Shown one piece after another: positions 9,230 to 19,218 of a DNA stretch of 64,000 nt. Origin of the DNA: Deinococcales bacterium. GTDB lineage: Bacteria > Deinococcota > Deinococci > Deinococcales > JAAFIG01. The DNA is taken from the NCBI GenBank assembly GCA_013298595.1, contig JAAFIG010000002.1:78781-142780 (forward strand), given 5' to 3'. The translations under genes and the position numbers were made by a program. The stretch's first letter is position 1. Each line of letters starts with the position of its first letter. A model generated the notes under the pieces. The model was not told the origin of the DNA. It saw only the letters and a program-made list of their open reading frames with translations, and ran no database searches.

Positions 9230-10560
9230 GCGCAGCATTCTCGGAAGTACCGTTGCTCGAGGATTTTCCCGAATTGGAGATTCGAGCGGATCGTTTTGTG
9301 GTGTTGCAAGGTCAACAAATTCTCTTAGAAGCTTGTATTTTTGCTCATCCAGCCTCAGAGCATAGTGTTCGTTGGACACTCGAGCAAGGCGCGGCTTGTT
9401 TATCACAGAATTTTGGTAGAACCACAGTGCTGCAAACCGATCATCGCTCGGAAACTGTTGTTGTGGCAGCACACACCGCCGATAGACGTTTGTCGCATCG
9501 TGTGGAAGTCAAGGCTAAACCGCTCAGTCATCAATCGTTTTCTTGTGGCGATGCCCATAGTTTGGCATTAACATCCGATGGTCAAGTGCTGGTTTGGGGT
9601 GAAAAGTATGTTTCAGAACCAACACTGGTTGGTTTAACACAAATTCAGTCTGTAGCGGCTGGTAGTAAGCATAGTTTAGCTTTAACACAAGCACAGACCG
9701 TGCTTTCTTGGGGTGATAATTCCTTAAATCAATTAGGGCGTTTATGGCAAGATCCAGGTATTGCATTAGAAGTCACCGATTTAACCGAGGTACTCGAGAT
9801 TAACGCAGGTACAGTGCATTCCTTAGCCACTCATCTGGATGGGTCTGCTAGTGCTTGGGGCAGTAATTTGTTTGGACAACTTGGGTTTGCATCATTAAGC
9901 GCTCAACTGCAATTTTCTCGAGTGCCGCGTCTCGAGCGTGTCAGTGCAGTGCAAGCTGGTTTTGGGCATTCTTTAGCTTTGACCGACACTGGTCAGGTGT
10001 TGGCGTGGGGTGCAAATGATTCTGGTCAACTGGGGATTGGTACAACCAAAGATATGTCCGAACCTACGCCGATTGTATTACCTATGGCTGTGGCTGCGAT
10101 TCAAACAGGGATGTACCATTCGGCTGCTTTAACCAACGATGGGCAAGTTTTAACTTGGGGGCGTAGTTTTCGGGATGGAATGGGTAAACCTTTACGCGAC
10201 TCATATCGCAGCTTGCCAATAATTGTTCCCGACTTAGGTGATATTGCTTCGATAGCGGCTGGGCATGGCTTTATAGTGGCACGTAGTGGACAAGGGAATG
10301 TTTTTATTTGGAATCAGCATCGGGTTTGGAATAGTAAATTCTCGGCAAATAGTCATTATCCAACACTTGTAACTGGTCTCGAGGAAATCGTGGCAGTTCA
10401 AGCGGGTACAGCGCACGTATTAGCCTTGCGTGCTGATGGAACATTATTTGCTTGGGGCGATAATAGTTTTGGGCAGCTTGGTATCACAGAAACCCATTGT
10501 CTAAATTCGCCTTGCAAAGTGGTTTTACCAAAAGGGATTCGTCTTAAAATGCCTGTGTAA
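9226..10560 (+). CDS. Cytoplasmic (no signal peptide) RCC1-repeat protein
   Basis: Start chosen at MSAAFSEVPLL. Repeats of the type HSLAL..DG.V..WG.N..GQLG. Confidence 0.8.
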   Translation: MSAAFSEVPLLEDFPELEIRADRFVVLQGQQILLEACIFAHPASEHSVRWTLEQGAACLSQNFGRTTVLQTDHRSETVVVAAHTADRRLSHRVEVKAKPLSHQSFSCGDAHSLALTSDGQVLVWGEKYVSEPTLVGLTQIQSVAAGSKHSLALTQAQTVLSWGDNSLNQLGRLWQDPGIALEVTDLTEVLEINAGTVHSLATHLDGSASAWGSNLFGQLGFASLSAQLQFSRVPRLERVSAVQAGFGHSLALTDTGQVLAWGANDSGQLGIGTTKDMSEPTPIVLPMAVAAIQTGMYHSAALTNDGQVLTWGRSFRDGMGKPLRDSYRSLPIIVPDLGDIASIAAGHGFIVARSGQGNVFIWNQHRVWNSKFSANSHYPTLVTGLEEIVAVQAGTAHVLALRADGTLFAWGDNSFGQLGITETHCLNSPCKVVLPKGIRLKMPV

Positions 10561-10607
10561 AGGCTGGCGTTAGTCAACCGTTAGGCAGTTTTACCGATGC
10601 TGTTGGC

Positions 10608-13469
10608 ATGACCGAAGTTTTAACTGGACTGGACTGGCAAATCAAAACCCTTCGCAGCCGTGTGATGAATAACCAACACAAAGTATTTGCAGTTGTTGGT
10701 GCAGATGGGCTGGGCAAGTCTTTTACGGTTCAAACCATGTTGCAGCAATTACCGTGGGCTGTGCTAAGTGTTCCAGCCACCGAATCACTAACGGCGCTTC
10801 TTGGGCGTTTAACGGTACTGAATCCCGAAGCAATTCAGTGGACTGCAGAGACCGTCAATACCCTCGAGTCTGGACAAGACTTACCGAACCATCAGGTTTT
10901 ACCGTTGCTACAAACCCAACTGATGGCATTAGCACCAATTGCAATTCATCTTGAAAATATTGAAAATGTGCAACCGTGGTTGGCTTTTATCAGAACCGCT
11001 CAATCAATTCGGGGAGTAACCGTTGTTGCCACCAGCCGTCATTCCTTACCAGCAGTATTCAGCGAAATCCGATTAGCTTATTTCAATCAATCACAAATTC
11101 AGGCTTTACTCGAGCAACATGGGTATGTACTACCTACTCAAGCCATCACATGGTTGTATGCTCGAGCCAACGGCAACCCTCGGTATACCCTCGAGTTTTG
11201 TTTGCAACTCTGCCAAATAGGGGCATTACGCAACGACGCTGGGCAATGGGTCTGGTCTGAACCTCAACAGATTATTGTGCCACTTGGTTTACAAAGCGAA
11301 ATGACTGAACAACTCGAGGTTTTGGTTGCTCAAGTCTCAGATCCGCAAAAAGCAAAAATGGTTTTATTAACCAGAGCCTTAGTTACCACCGAGGTATTAG
11401 CCAACCAATACTTACCTGCTTTTATTGGCATTCAAATACAAGCCGAACTGGAAAAAGTTACTCTCAAACAACAATTAGGCAATAAAAACGGATTTTACAA
11501 TCCTTTATTCAACGATTTACTCCGCCAAGATGTCTGGCAGACCGAACGGCGCTTAATTGCTCGGACTTTACTCGAGCCTGTTGGTGCAAAGCAACCTAAA
11601 GCAGCAATCCAATTGATACAAGCTGCACAACTCGAACCCAGTGCCGAATTAGCTGCTTGGCAACTGATTGCCGAACAAGCTATGCAATTACAAATGCTTA
11701 GTGTTGCAGGAGAATGCTATATCGCTGCTATGGAACTCTGCACAGGTACTTTACAAGCCGATTTTGCTTTAAAAGCCTCGAGATGCGTTCGTTTGTCCAA
11801 TCGAGCAAAATCGTTACAACTAATCAATCATGCCATGAGTATTGCACCAAATAACGAAACATACCAACTCGAGCGTTGCAAAGCCTTATTAGCTAACGGG
11901 CAACTTGAACCCTTACAAGCATTTTTACAAACCAAAGATCAGCAAAATCCCGCTTGGCTTGAATTACACTTACAAACCTTATTTCGGTCAGGTCAAGACC
12001 AAAAAGCCCTTGACTTATGGCAAGAAAACCTTTTGTTACAACCATTGTTATGTGAAACAACCCACCAACAAGTAGCAACAGGATTTTTACGAATGGGTCA
12101 ACAAAAACAGGCTTTTATAATTCTTGAACAAAAAAAATCAGTGGCTCGAGATGTCATCACAGCTGTTGGTTTGCGCCAAATCGGACAGTTAAATGCAGCA
12201 CTTACTTTGCTGAAACAAACCTTAGAAACCGATATGGCAAAATTACAACTCGAGTCTGTTTTACATCAAAGAGCTTTAGTACATCAGGAACTAGGTAATT
12301 TACCAGCAGCCATGCACGATGCCGAAAATGCGCTCGAGATTCTACAAATCTGTGGTGACGAATTTAGAATCGCTGCACGTAAAAACACCTTAGCTGGAAT
12401 CCTGATCGAACGAGCTGAATTTGTAATTGCTGAACAATTATTGCTCGAAGCCAGACGCATCATAGAGCATTTTGGATACTCACAACAATTGGTGTGTATC
12501 GAAAGAAATTTAGCTTGGCTATATCTCGAATGGCAACCAGAAATGGGTGGGGCTTTGGCGGTAAAACACGCCAGAAATGCTTTACGTCATGCCCGAACCA
12601 TATGTGGTGTCACAGAATTACATGAACACTTAGTTTTTATTGCCTGGGCAGAAGCTTTACATGGCAACCCCAAAACGGCTTTGCAACTCATACTCGAAAC
12701 ACCACGTTCAAGTGCCTTTAGTCAATGGGTGCATTTGCTTTGCTTAGAGAACACTGGTCAAAAAAATATGGCACAATTGTTTAAAACATGGCTGCGAGAC
12801 CAACCATACTCCACTCGCCGCACACGATTTGCTTTGGAATTACAACGACTGACCAAAACAACAAAAACATTACCCCACGAAATGACCGAAAACCCATTAA
12901 CTTTATTCATTGCAAAACGTTACTTTCCAACACTTAATCAAACAAATCTAACCGCAAATACACATAAACTCGAGGTGCTAGGAACACTCAAAGTCAATGG
13001 CATTATTATGTCTGGCAGGTTGCGTCGAGCCAAAGACATTTTACTGTTACTACTAGAAGCTCGGATTATGGGTAAACCCGAAGTCACACTCTTAGAATTA
13101 ATGGATGTCCTCTATCCAAACGAAGACGAAATACAAGCCTCGAGTGCAATTCGGCAACTGATTTACCGCTTGCGTAAAACATATGGTGATAATGTAATTA
13201 CACGTAGCTTACACGGATATTCACTAGGAATCCTTTCGGATGTCGAAGAATTCTTAGCAACAAACAACACCTTACTATGGCAAGGTTTATACCAATTTCG
13301 AGCAGATAGTGACTCGAGTGTCAGCACTGCCATTCATCAGCACTTAGAAAAGTGTATTGAGAATTTACGCCACCACAATCCCAGTGAAGCAGCTCGAGTG
13401 CAAAGATTTATCCCTCGAATGTATCTCAAAACAACTAAAAATACGGATTTACTTGTACTAGAAGCCTAA
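10608..13469 (+). CDS. Large AAA+ ATPase / TPR / C-terminal OmpR-type winged-helix transcriptional regulator (STAND/SARP-like)
   Basis: Walker A VVGADGLGKS. A long helical TPR-like middle region. The C-terminus has LEVLGTLKVNG...AKDILLLLLEARIMGKPEVTLLELMDVLYPNEDE..AIRQLIYRLRKTYG, a trans_reg_C-like wHTH. Confidence 0.75.
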   Translation: MTEVLTGLDWQIKTLRSRVMNNQHKVFAVVGADGLGKSFTVQTMLQQLPWAVLSVPATESLTALLGRLTVLNPEAIQWTAETVNTLESGQDLPNHQVLPLLQTQLMALAPIAIHLENIENVQPWLAFIRTAQSIRGVTVVATSRHSLPAVFSEIRLAYFNQSQIQALLEQHGYVLPTQAITWLYARANGNPRYTLEFCLQLCQIGALRNDAGQWVWSEPQQIIVPLGLQSEMTEQLEVLVAQVSDPQKAKMVLLTRALVTTEVLANQYLPAFIGIQIQAELEKVTLKQQLGNKNGFYNPLFNDLLRQDVWQTERRLIARTLLEPVGAKQPKAAIQLIQAAQLEPSAELAAWQLIAEQAMQLQMLSVAGECYIAAMELCTGTLQADFALKASRCVRLSNRAKSLQLINHAMSIAPNNETYQLERCKALLANGQLEPLQAFLQTKDQQNPAWLELHLQTLFRSGQDQKALDLWQENLLLQPLLCETTHQQVATGFLRMGQQKQAFIILEQKKSVARDVITAVGLRQIGQLNAALTLLKQTLETDMAKLQLESVLHQRALVHQELGNLPAAMHDAENALEILQICGDEFRIAARKNTLAGILIERAEFVIAEQLLLEARRIIEHFGYSQQLVCIERNLAWLYLEWQPEMGGALAVKHARNALRHARTICGVTELHEHLVFIAWAEALHGNPKTALQLILETPRSSAFSQWVHLLCLENTGQKNMAQLFKTWLRDQPYSTRRTRFALELQRLTKTTKTLPHEMTENPLTLFIAKRYFPTLNQTNLTANTHKLEVLGTLKVNGIIMSGRLRRAKDILLLLLEARIMGKPEVTLLELMDVLYPNEDEIQASSAIRQLIYRLRKTYGDNVITRSLHGYSLGILSDVEEFLATNNTLLWQGLYQFRADSDSSVSTAIHQHLEKCIENLRHHNPSEAARVQRFIPRMYLKTTKNTDLLVLEA

Positions 13470-13543
13470 AATATATACCACTTCGCAAAACTATTTCACT
13501 TAAAACTCGAATCAAGTCTATTAAACCTGACGGAGCGTTGAGT

Positions 13544-14239
13544 ATGAAAATCCGCATATCATACCGAGATATCCATGAGCAATATCATACTGAATTACCC
13601 CTCGAGCAATTACCAGTAATTGAACAACTACGATGGATACGACAAGAATGGTCACACAGTAAGCAAAACCACACCCCGTTAATGTTTTATTTCTCGAGCT
13701 TAAAACGATTAGTCTACTGTGAAAGCTATTTAGAAGCACAAACACTGCTGGATCTCGATTTTCGAGGTGAAACAAATTGTATCGTTGAACAACCATTTAT
13801 CTTACATTACAACAAGAAATTTCATATCCCCGATTATGTTCTACGGCAAGGTTTTACAACCATATTGATCAATGTTAAACCAAAAAAATTTCTTGAAACT
13901 CCAGAGAATATTACTGATTTTGCATTGGCATCTGAAGCAGCGCGGCAATTGGGCTGGATGTACCAAACTGTATCAGAATGCAATCCACAATATCTCGAAA
14001 ATATCAATTGGTTAGGTTCATTTAAGCACAGACCGTTTCAAGTTGAAACTTATGAAGTTGAGATTCTGAAGTATCTGAACCAATCATCAACGCTGCTCGA
14101 GTTGCTTAAACATTTCAAAAACGATTTCATCGTAAAACCAATAGTTTTCTATTTACTGTGGCATCGGCGTATTCAAACCAGTTTAGATCAGCGATTCTCA
14201 TTGCAAATGCCGTTATGGAAATCAACGGAGTATTCATGA
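13544..14239 (+). CDS. tnsA: TnsA-like endonuclease
   Basis: GGAG RBS. Restriction-endonuclease-like motif series CESYLE ... HIPDYVL ... ILINVKP (compare Tn7 TnsA E63/D114/Q130-x-K132). First gene of the tns operon. Its stop overlaps the tnsB ATG (ATGA). Confidence 0.75.
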   Translation: MKIRISYRDIHEQYHTELPLEQLPVIEQLRWIRQEWSHSKQNHTPLMFYFSSLKRLVYCESYLEAQTLLDLDFRGETNCIVEQPFILHYNKKFHIPDYVLRQGFTTILINVKPKKFLETPENITDFALASEAARQLGWMYQTVSECNPQYLENINWLGSFKHRPFQVETYEVEILKYLNQSSTLLELLKHFKNDFIVKPIVFYLLWHRRIQTSLDQRFSLQMPLWKSTEYS

Positions 14240-16314
14240 ATAAGTGGAACTTAGAGATTAACAATCTATATTTATGGTGTGATGAACACGTCAAACTAAT
14301 GCGATTTGTCAATCAACAAGTAATCCTCGAACGTGAAAATGGTCAAGTCATAACTATGAAGACTTCTGAATTCGTCAGTAAATATCCTATACCAGTCAAT
14401 GCTGATCCCTCCTTGATCATACAGCCAACGCCATCAATTTTTGACAATATCTCTAAATCAGCTCTTAAACAAGTTGACGTATTACAAGCTCACCTCGAGA
14501 TTGCAATTCACGGTATCGAACCAATGAATGAAAGTGAAACATGCTACGATGCAGAGTTAACCACGTTAACGTGTCGGATGAAAAAAAAGGCAGAAGAACT
14601 GAAAATGGATTTAAGCTCTTTCTGGCGAAAGAAAAAAAAGTATGAGCGATTTGGGCGATATGGTTTAATAGATCGTCGTTCATTACCGCTAGCACGCAGT
14701 AAACGCAATGATTCAGACCCAGTAGTCTTAACAATTGAAAAAGTACTGAAACAAACTATTGGTGCTTCTGATGTAACGAATATAATTCTATATAGAAAAA
14801 TCAAGAAACTATTGATACAAGACTATGGTGATACAGTCTCATTGCCATCGGTTGCGACGCTAAACAGATTATTAGCAGAAATAAGGCATCGATTAGGGAT
14901 ATATGGTAATGCTAATCAGCGTCAAAAATCTGCGCTAACACCTAAAAAACTATTTGGTTCTTTTCGTTCTACACACCCAGGGCAACTGGTAATGTTCGAT
15001 AGTACAAAACTTGATATGTTTGCACTCGACCCAATGAATAACGATTGGATTCAAGTTGCTTTGACTATTGCCTTTGATTTTTATTCTCGTTCAATTATTG
15101 GCTGGCGGTTCACACCTGTAGATACTAAAGGAGTAGATGCAGCTTTAGTTTTGTTTGATGTATTACATCCAAAAATTGCAATGCCAGATTGGGCAGATAT
15201 TGCTCATTGGAATTATTTTGGAGTACCAAGTGATATTCGCATTATTGAATACACCAATGATGATTCAAGCATACAGATTGCAGCTGTGCCATTTGTACAA
15301 CCAGATACAGTACTAATCGATCATGGCAAGGTTTTTATCTCGCATACATTTCAAGATGTTTGCACAAGACTTGGTATTCATATTCAACGAGCGCGTATCC
15401 GTCGTCCAACGGATAAATCGCCAGTAGAGAATGTATTTAAGCATATATCTCAGGATTTTTGTCAGCGATTGCCTGGATATAAAGGGCGCAGTATTGCTAC
15501 TAGAGGCATAGACATTGAAAAGAAAGCTTTTTATTACATTGAAGAAATCGATACGCTTTTTGCTGAATGGGTTGCGACTAAGTGGCAAAATCACATACCA
15601 AGATCGTTGCATTATCCTGCATCAGGAGCCGTTGAAGCTGATGTAACCCCTAATGATGCTTATACATTAGGTTTAACCCAAACTGGTTTTATACCGATAC
15701 CAAATCTGGTTTACTTCGATTGTCTTGAGACCGAATACCGTATTGTTAGTGAAAGTGGAATTACCATTCAATACCTTGAGTATGACAGTATTGAACTCGA
15801 GCCATTTCGTAATTATCCATCCGAGATTAGATCAGGCATTCATAAAGGAGATTATAGGATCAAAGCTGACCCACGAGACCGTAGTCAAATTTTTTTCTTC
15901 GATGAAATCCGCAAAACATGGATCACTATTCCGTGGCGTGGAAAACAGCATTTTTCACATCCATTTAGCGATCTAACACTTGCTTTTGCAAAAGCAACAG
16001 CCATTGAACATTTACATGGAAAAAAACCAACTAATGACGAAATTCGTTTTGCTTTGGAGGAAATGTATTCGCGTTGGGAGGCGAAAGAGTTTAGAACTCG
16101 CCGAGAGCGTCGTGTTGCTGCTCGAGATAAAATCCTAACCCAGCAAGCCCAAAAAGATCGTCTGCAAAAAAGTAAATCTACAGCATTAAATACTATTCCA
16201 GCAGCTGAGTTGAATCAATCAAATCAACCAATGATTCCAGAAGATATTAACGGTATTTTCAAGCGTTTTGACCAAATTAAAAGCTTGTATCAGGAGGATG
16301 ATGATGAGTTCTAA
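14236..16314 (+). CDS. tnsB: TnsB-like DDE transposase
   Basis: rve-type DDE triad context (LVMFDSTKLD, TVLIDHGKVF, DKSPVENVFKH). About 690 aa, with a Mu/Tn7-type architecture and an acidic C-terminal tail (YQEDDDEF). Confidence 0.85.
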   Translation: MNKWNLEINNLYLWCDEHVKLMRFVNQQVILERENGQVITMKTSEFVSKYPIPVNADPSLIIQPTPSIFDNISKSALKQVDVLQAHLEIAIHGIEPMNESETCYDAELTTLTCRMKKKAEELKMDLSSFWRKKKKYERFGRYGLIDRRSLPLARSKRNDSDPVVLTIEKVLKQTIGASDVTNIILYRKIKKLLIQDYGDTVSLPSVATLNRLLAEIRHRLGIYGNANQRQKSALTPKKLFGSFRSTHPGQLVMFDSTKLDMFALDPMNNDWIQVALTIAFDFYSRSIIGWRFTPVDTKGVDAALVLFDVLHPKIAMPDWADIAHWNYFGVPSDIRIIEYTNDDSSIQIAAVPFVQPDTVLIDHGKVFISHTFQDVCTRLGIHIQRARIRRPTDKSPVENVFKHISQDFCQRLPGYKGRSIATRGIDIEKKAFYYIEEIDTLFAEWVATKWQNHIPRSLHYPASGAVEADVTPNDAYTLGLTQTGFIPIPNLVYFDCLETEYRIVSESGITIQYLEYDSIELEPFRNYPSEIRSGIHKGDYRIKADPRDRSQIFFFDEIRKTWITIPWRGKQHFSHPFSDLTLAFAKATAIEHLHGKKPTNDEIRFALEEMYSRWEAKEFRTRRERRVAARDKILTQQAQKDRLQKSKSTALNTIPAAELNQSNQPMIPEDINGIFKRFDQIKSLYQEDDDEF

Positions 16315-17464
16315 ACCTAACTTGGAAGGTTTTGGCAACAATGAAACTGAAATGTATTTAGAAGAAGCTCCTATTTCGGAAATCAACAATTTTGATGAAT
16401 GGCTTCATTTTGTTTACGAACCAATATCAATTCGTCCCGATGTACCTACGCCCATAGAGTTTGCCGAAATGAGTCAAAAACAGAAAAAAAATTCGTGTAC
16501 ATTGCGTTTTCAGCATATTGCACGATTTCAACCGATTTCTACGACATCACGGAATAAAATCATTGATACCTTACTGCAGAGACTTCATGTGAACCGTATT
16601 GGAGGTCGTGGTGCTCGAGGAAGCGCTGTATTAACGGGCTACCCTTACATTGGAAAAACAACAATAGCTGTGGATATTGGCAGACGCTATGATCTTGATA
16701 TGCGGAAACTTCTCAAAAAGAGAACAGGTCAAGAACTTTTTATTCCAGAAACAAATGATCGCTTTATCCCTGTAATTTATGTGTGTTTAAGCAGCGAAGA
16801 TGTCTCCAACCTGAAAGCGTTGTATGCAACTTTTGCTCGATTCTTAGGTATACCAAAATATGAAAAAAAGACAACCAAACAACTCGAAGATGCTGTTGTT
16901 AAATGGGCGAAAGCTTGTCAAACAAGTTTTATCATCGTAGACGAAATTCATTATATTGATATTCGTTCGCGTGGTGTACGAAAAACCAATAATGCTATTA
17001 AAACACTGATGAATCGAATTCCTGCCACATTTTTATTCGCTGGGATTGAGTGTGAAAACACAGGAATCTTTTTTGACCATGACAGTGATCAAAAACGTAA
17101 AGCTGACCCAAGATTAGCGCAATTAAATCATCGCTGCTTAAAACTCGAACTAAAACCGTTTCAAAGTCTTTATGGTAATTATCAAGAAGGTATCAAACTT
17201 ATCAATACAATTGACCAAGAAATCGTACTAGTGAATCATCAAACAGGCGATTTGGTTCAACTAGCACCTTATATTCTAGCTAGAACAAATGGTCATATTG
17301 GAAGTATTCGGGATTTTATTTCACTAGGGTGTTATAAGGCTTTAAAAGAGAAAACCGAACGTCTCACCAAAGAGATATTAGAAGAAATTCAGCTTGATAA
17401 CGCGGCTGAAACAGCTTATCAAAATTATTTGGCAAGCAATCCACCCGCCCTCGAGACATACTAA
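16298..17464 (+). CDS. tnsC: TnsC/TniB-like AAA+ ATPase
   Basis: AGGAGG RBS inside the tnsB 3' end. Walker A GYPYIGKTT and Walker B FIIVDEIHY. Confidence 0.85.
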   Translation: MMMSSKPNLEGFGNNETEMYLEEAPISEINNFDEWLHFVYEPISIRPDVPTPIEFAEMSQKQKKNSCTLRFQHIARFQPISTTSRNKIIDTLLQRLHVNRIGGRGARGSAVLTGYPYIGKTTIAVDIGRRYDLDMRKLLKKRTGQELFIPETNDRFIPVIYVCLSSEDVSNLKALYATFARFLGIPKYEKKTTKQLEDAVVKWAKACQTSFIIVDEIHYIDIRSRGVRKTNNAIKTLMNRIPATFLFAGIECENTGIFFDHDSDQKRKADPRLAQLNHRCLKLELKPFQSLYGNYQEGIKLINTIDQEIVLVNHQTGDLVQLAPYILARTNGHIGSIRDFISLGCYKALKEKTERLTKEILEEIQLDNAAETAYQNYLASNPPALETY

Positions 17465-17477
17465 GCCTACGAGTCTT

Positions 17478-18626
17478 ATGAATAATCAACATCATCCACT
17501 CAACCGCCAATTTCCAAAGCGTGCCAATCTTAAAGCTGGTAATGCGTTGATTCCCCAATTGATCGAACTGGCTCGAGATTTGGAAATTACAACAGAAGAC
17601 TTATCAGCATTTCTCGAGGTCAGATTTGGGTTGGTACAAACAGCATTTGATCGTTTGCCATTCTTGACAACTCGAGAAATGGAGCAACTAGCACATGAGT
17701 TCGGCGTTTCAGTGCAAACGATAGAAGAAACCACCGCAGCCTATTTCTCGAGCAGAATTGGTACATCTCAGGATTCTGAACTACAGGAGCTTTTAGTTCC
17801 CTTTACCAAACGTCTTAAAGTATGCCCAAAGTGCCTACAAGAAAAACAAAACTACCAACTATCTTGGCAAGTTTCGTGGTCTTTTGTCTGTACTCGACAT
17901 CACGTTTTGCTCCAAGATATTTGTCCACACTGTGAGTATCCAATCGCTTCTAAACGTCGCACAACAGGCATTCCTGTTGAACATTTCCGCTGCGGTAATC
18001 ACATTGTCAACCAAAGTGTTTGCCATGAACGACTGGATCAACTTCCTCGAGTCTCTGTGGCAAACTACCCCGCAATTCTGAAAGCCCAAAATATTCTTGA
18101 AGCTGTTATCAATGGTAAATCGGTTTTGATATTTAACCAAACGGTTGTTCCGAAAGTGTTCTTGCAGAATTGTATTGCACTTCTTAAAATTCTTTGGGGA
18201 TTTATTGTGCCAGAACAGTTAGCCTCGGCTCCAATCAAATGCACAGGTGCATACCATCAATTTACCCGCGCTCGAGAAAAATATTTTCAATACCTCGAGC
18301 AGGAAAATCCGCTCGAGGACTCACCTGCTGCTATTTCTAGGCTTTGGGGAACACTTGATTTGATGACTGGCACAATGCCTTTGGTTTTAGAGATTCTTGC
18401 TTTATCCTCGAGACAAGCTATGGTGAATAGACTGATTGCCCTGATACAACAAAGCTGTTATCAAAGACCCCAATACCCACTTTGGATTTTGCAACACTTT
18501 GAACGACAAGCCATTGAAAATCACCATTGGATGTACACAATTAAGGAGTTGCAAAATTGGCTTAGAAGGACGTACTTTTTAAGAAAGGAGGTAGTGGCGC
18601 ATGTACCAAACCCTTATCCACTTTAA
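17478..18626 (+). CDS. tniQ: TniQ-family target-selection protein
   Basis: TniQ zinc-ribbon pattern CPKCLQEK...VCTRHHVLLQDICPHCEYPI. At 382 aa it is small-TniQ sized, like Cascade-associated TniQ. Its 3' end overlaps cas6 by 26 nt. Confidence 0.8.
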   Translation: MNNQHHPLNRQFPKRANLKAGNALIPQLIELARDLEITTEDLSAFLEVRFGLVQTAFDRLPFLTTREMEQLAHEFGVSVQTIEETTAAYFSSRIGTSQDSELQELLVPFTKRLKVCPKCLQEKQNYQLSWQVSWSFVCTRHHVLLQDICPHCEYPIASKRRTTGIPVEHFRCGNHIVNQSVCHERLDQLPRVSVANYPAILKAQNILEAVINGKSVLIFNQTVVPKVFLQNCIALLKILWGFIVPEQLASAPIKCTGAYHQFTRAREKYFQYLEQENPLEDSPAAISRLWGTLDLMTGTMPLVLEILALSSRQAMVNRLIALIQQSCYQRPQYPLWILQHFERQAIENHHWMYTIKELQNWLRRTYFLRKEVVAHVPNPYPL

Positions 18627-19173
18627 TCCTTCCTCTCCTCATGCTCAACGATTGCTAGACCAACCTTACCGAATCCACTACATGCTCGAGCATATTAATA
18701 CAAGTAGAACGCGAATATTATGGCGTTTAAGCGAAGATCGATTGCTAGTTAGGCATATTAACCCTCTTGACTGGACTGAACTTGATAAAACGCATCCAAG
18801 CCTTGGAGATAGAAGTCATACACAGGTGAACTTAGATTTGCCTTTGGGAACAATTCACCTGTTCAACTTGTTCGCGTTTATTTGTAAGCCAGATGACAAC
18901 GGAAAATGGAAAGTACAACAACCCAAACAGTATATTGATTGGCTTATTAAGCGTTCCAAACACATTGGTTTTGAATTACGTGAGATCCAAATCAACAAAG
19001 CCCCTGATCACTTTGTCCGAATGAACAGCGCTCAAATTAGAGCGCAGCCAATGAAGGTATCTGGAATTTTACAAATTACAGATACAACTGCCTTAATACA
19101 TAGTTTGGAAAGTGGAATAGGAAGGATGCGTGCTTATGGTTGTGGAATGTTAATATTGCAACCAATTGGATAA
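18601..19173 (+). CDS. cas6: Cas6e (CasE)-like crRNA endoribonuclease
   Basis: N-terminus MYQTLIHF...PYRIHYML (CasE has MYLSKV...LYQLHQGLW). C-terminus SGILQITDTTALIHSLESGIGRMRAYGCGMLILQP, against E. coli CasE EGVLTINDAPALIDLVQQGIGPAKSMGCGLLSLAP. Confidence 0.85.
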   Translation: MYQTLIHFNPSSPHAQRLLDQPYRIHYMLEHINTSRTRILWRLSEDRLLVRHINPLDWTELDKTHPSLGDRSHTQVNLDLPLGTIHLFNLFAFICKPDDNGKWKVQQPKQYIDWLIKRSKHIGFELREIQINKAPDHFVRMNSAQIRAQPMKVSGILQITDTTALIHSLESGIGRMRAYGCGMLILQPIG

Positions 19174-19193
19174 ATACTTAGAAACTTTATAAT
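19166..19193 (+). promoter_or_regulatory. Sigma70-type promoter for the CRISPR array
   Basis: TTGGAT (19166-19171), a 16-nt spacer, then TATAAT (19188-19193), about 25 nt before repeat 1. It overlaps the cas6 stop. Confidence 0.5.
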
Positions 19194-19218
19194 AGTGAAG
19201 TTTTGTCTGTTTCAAGCC

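Noticed and set aside
13243-13265. Partial similarity of spacer 1 to the regulator gene (GTCGAAGAATTCTTAGCA against GTTGAAGTAAGAATTCTTGTA)
   Set aside because: It needs a 4-nt gap, and the shared core is the low-information palindrome AAGAATTCTT. The site is about 200 bp from the nearest plausible end, so it is not a credible protospacer.
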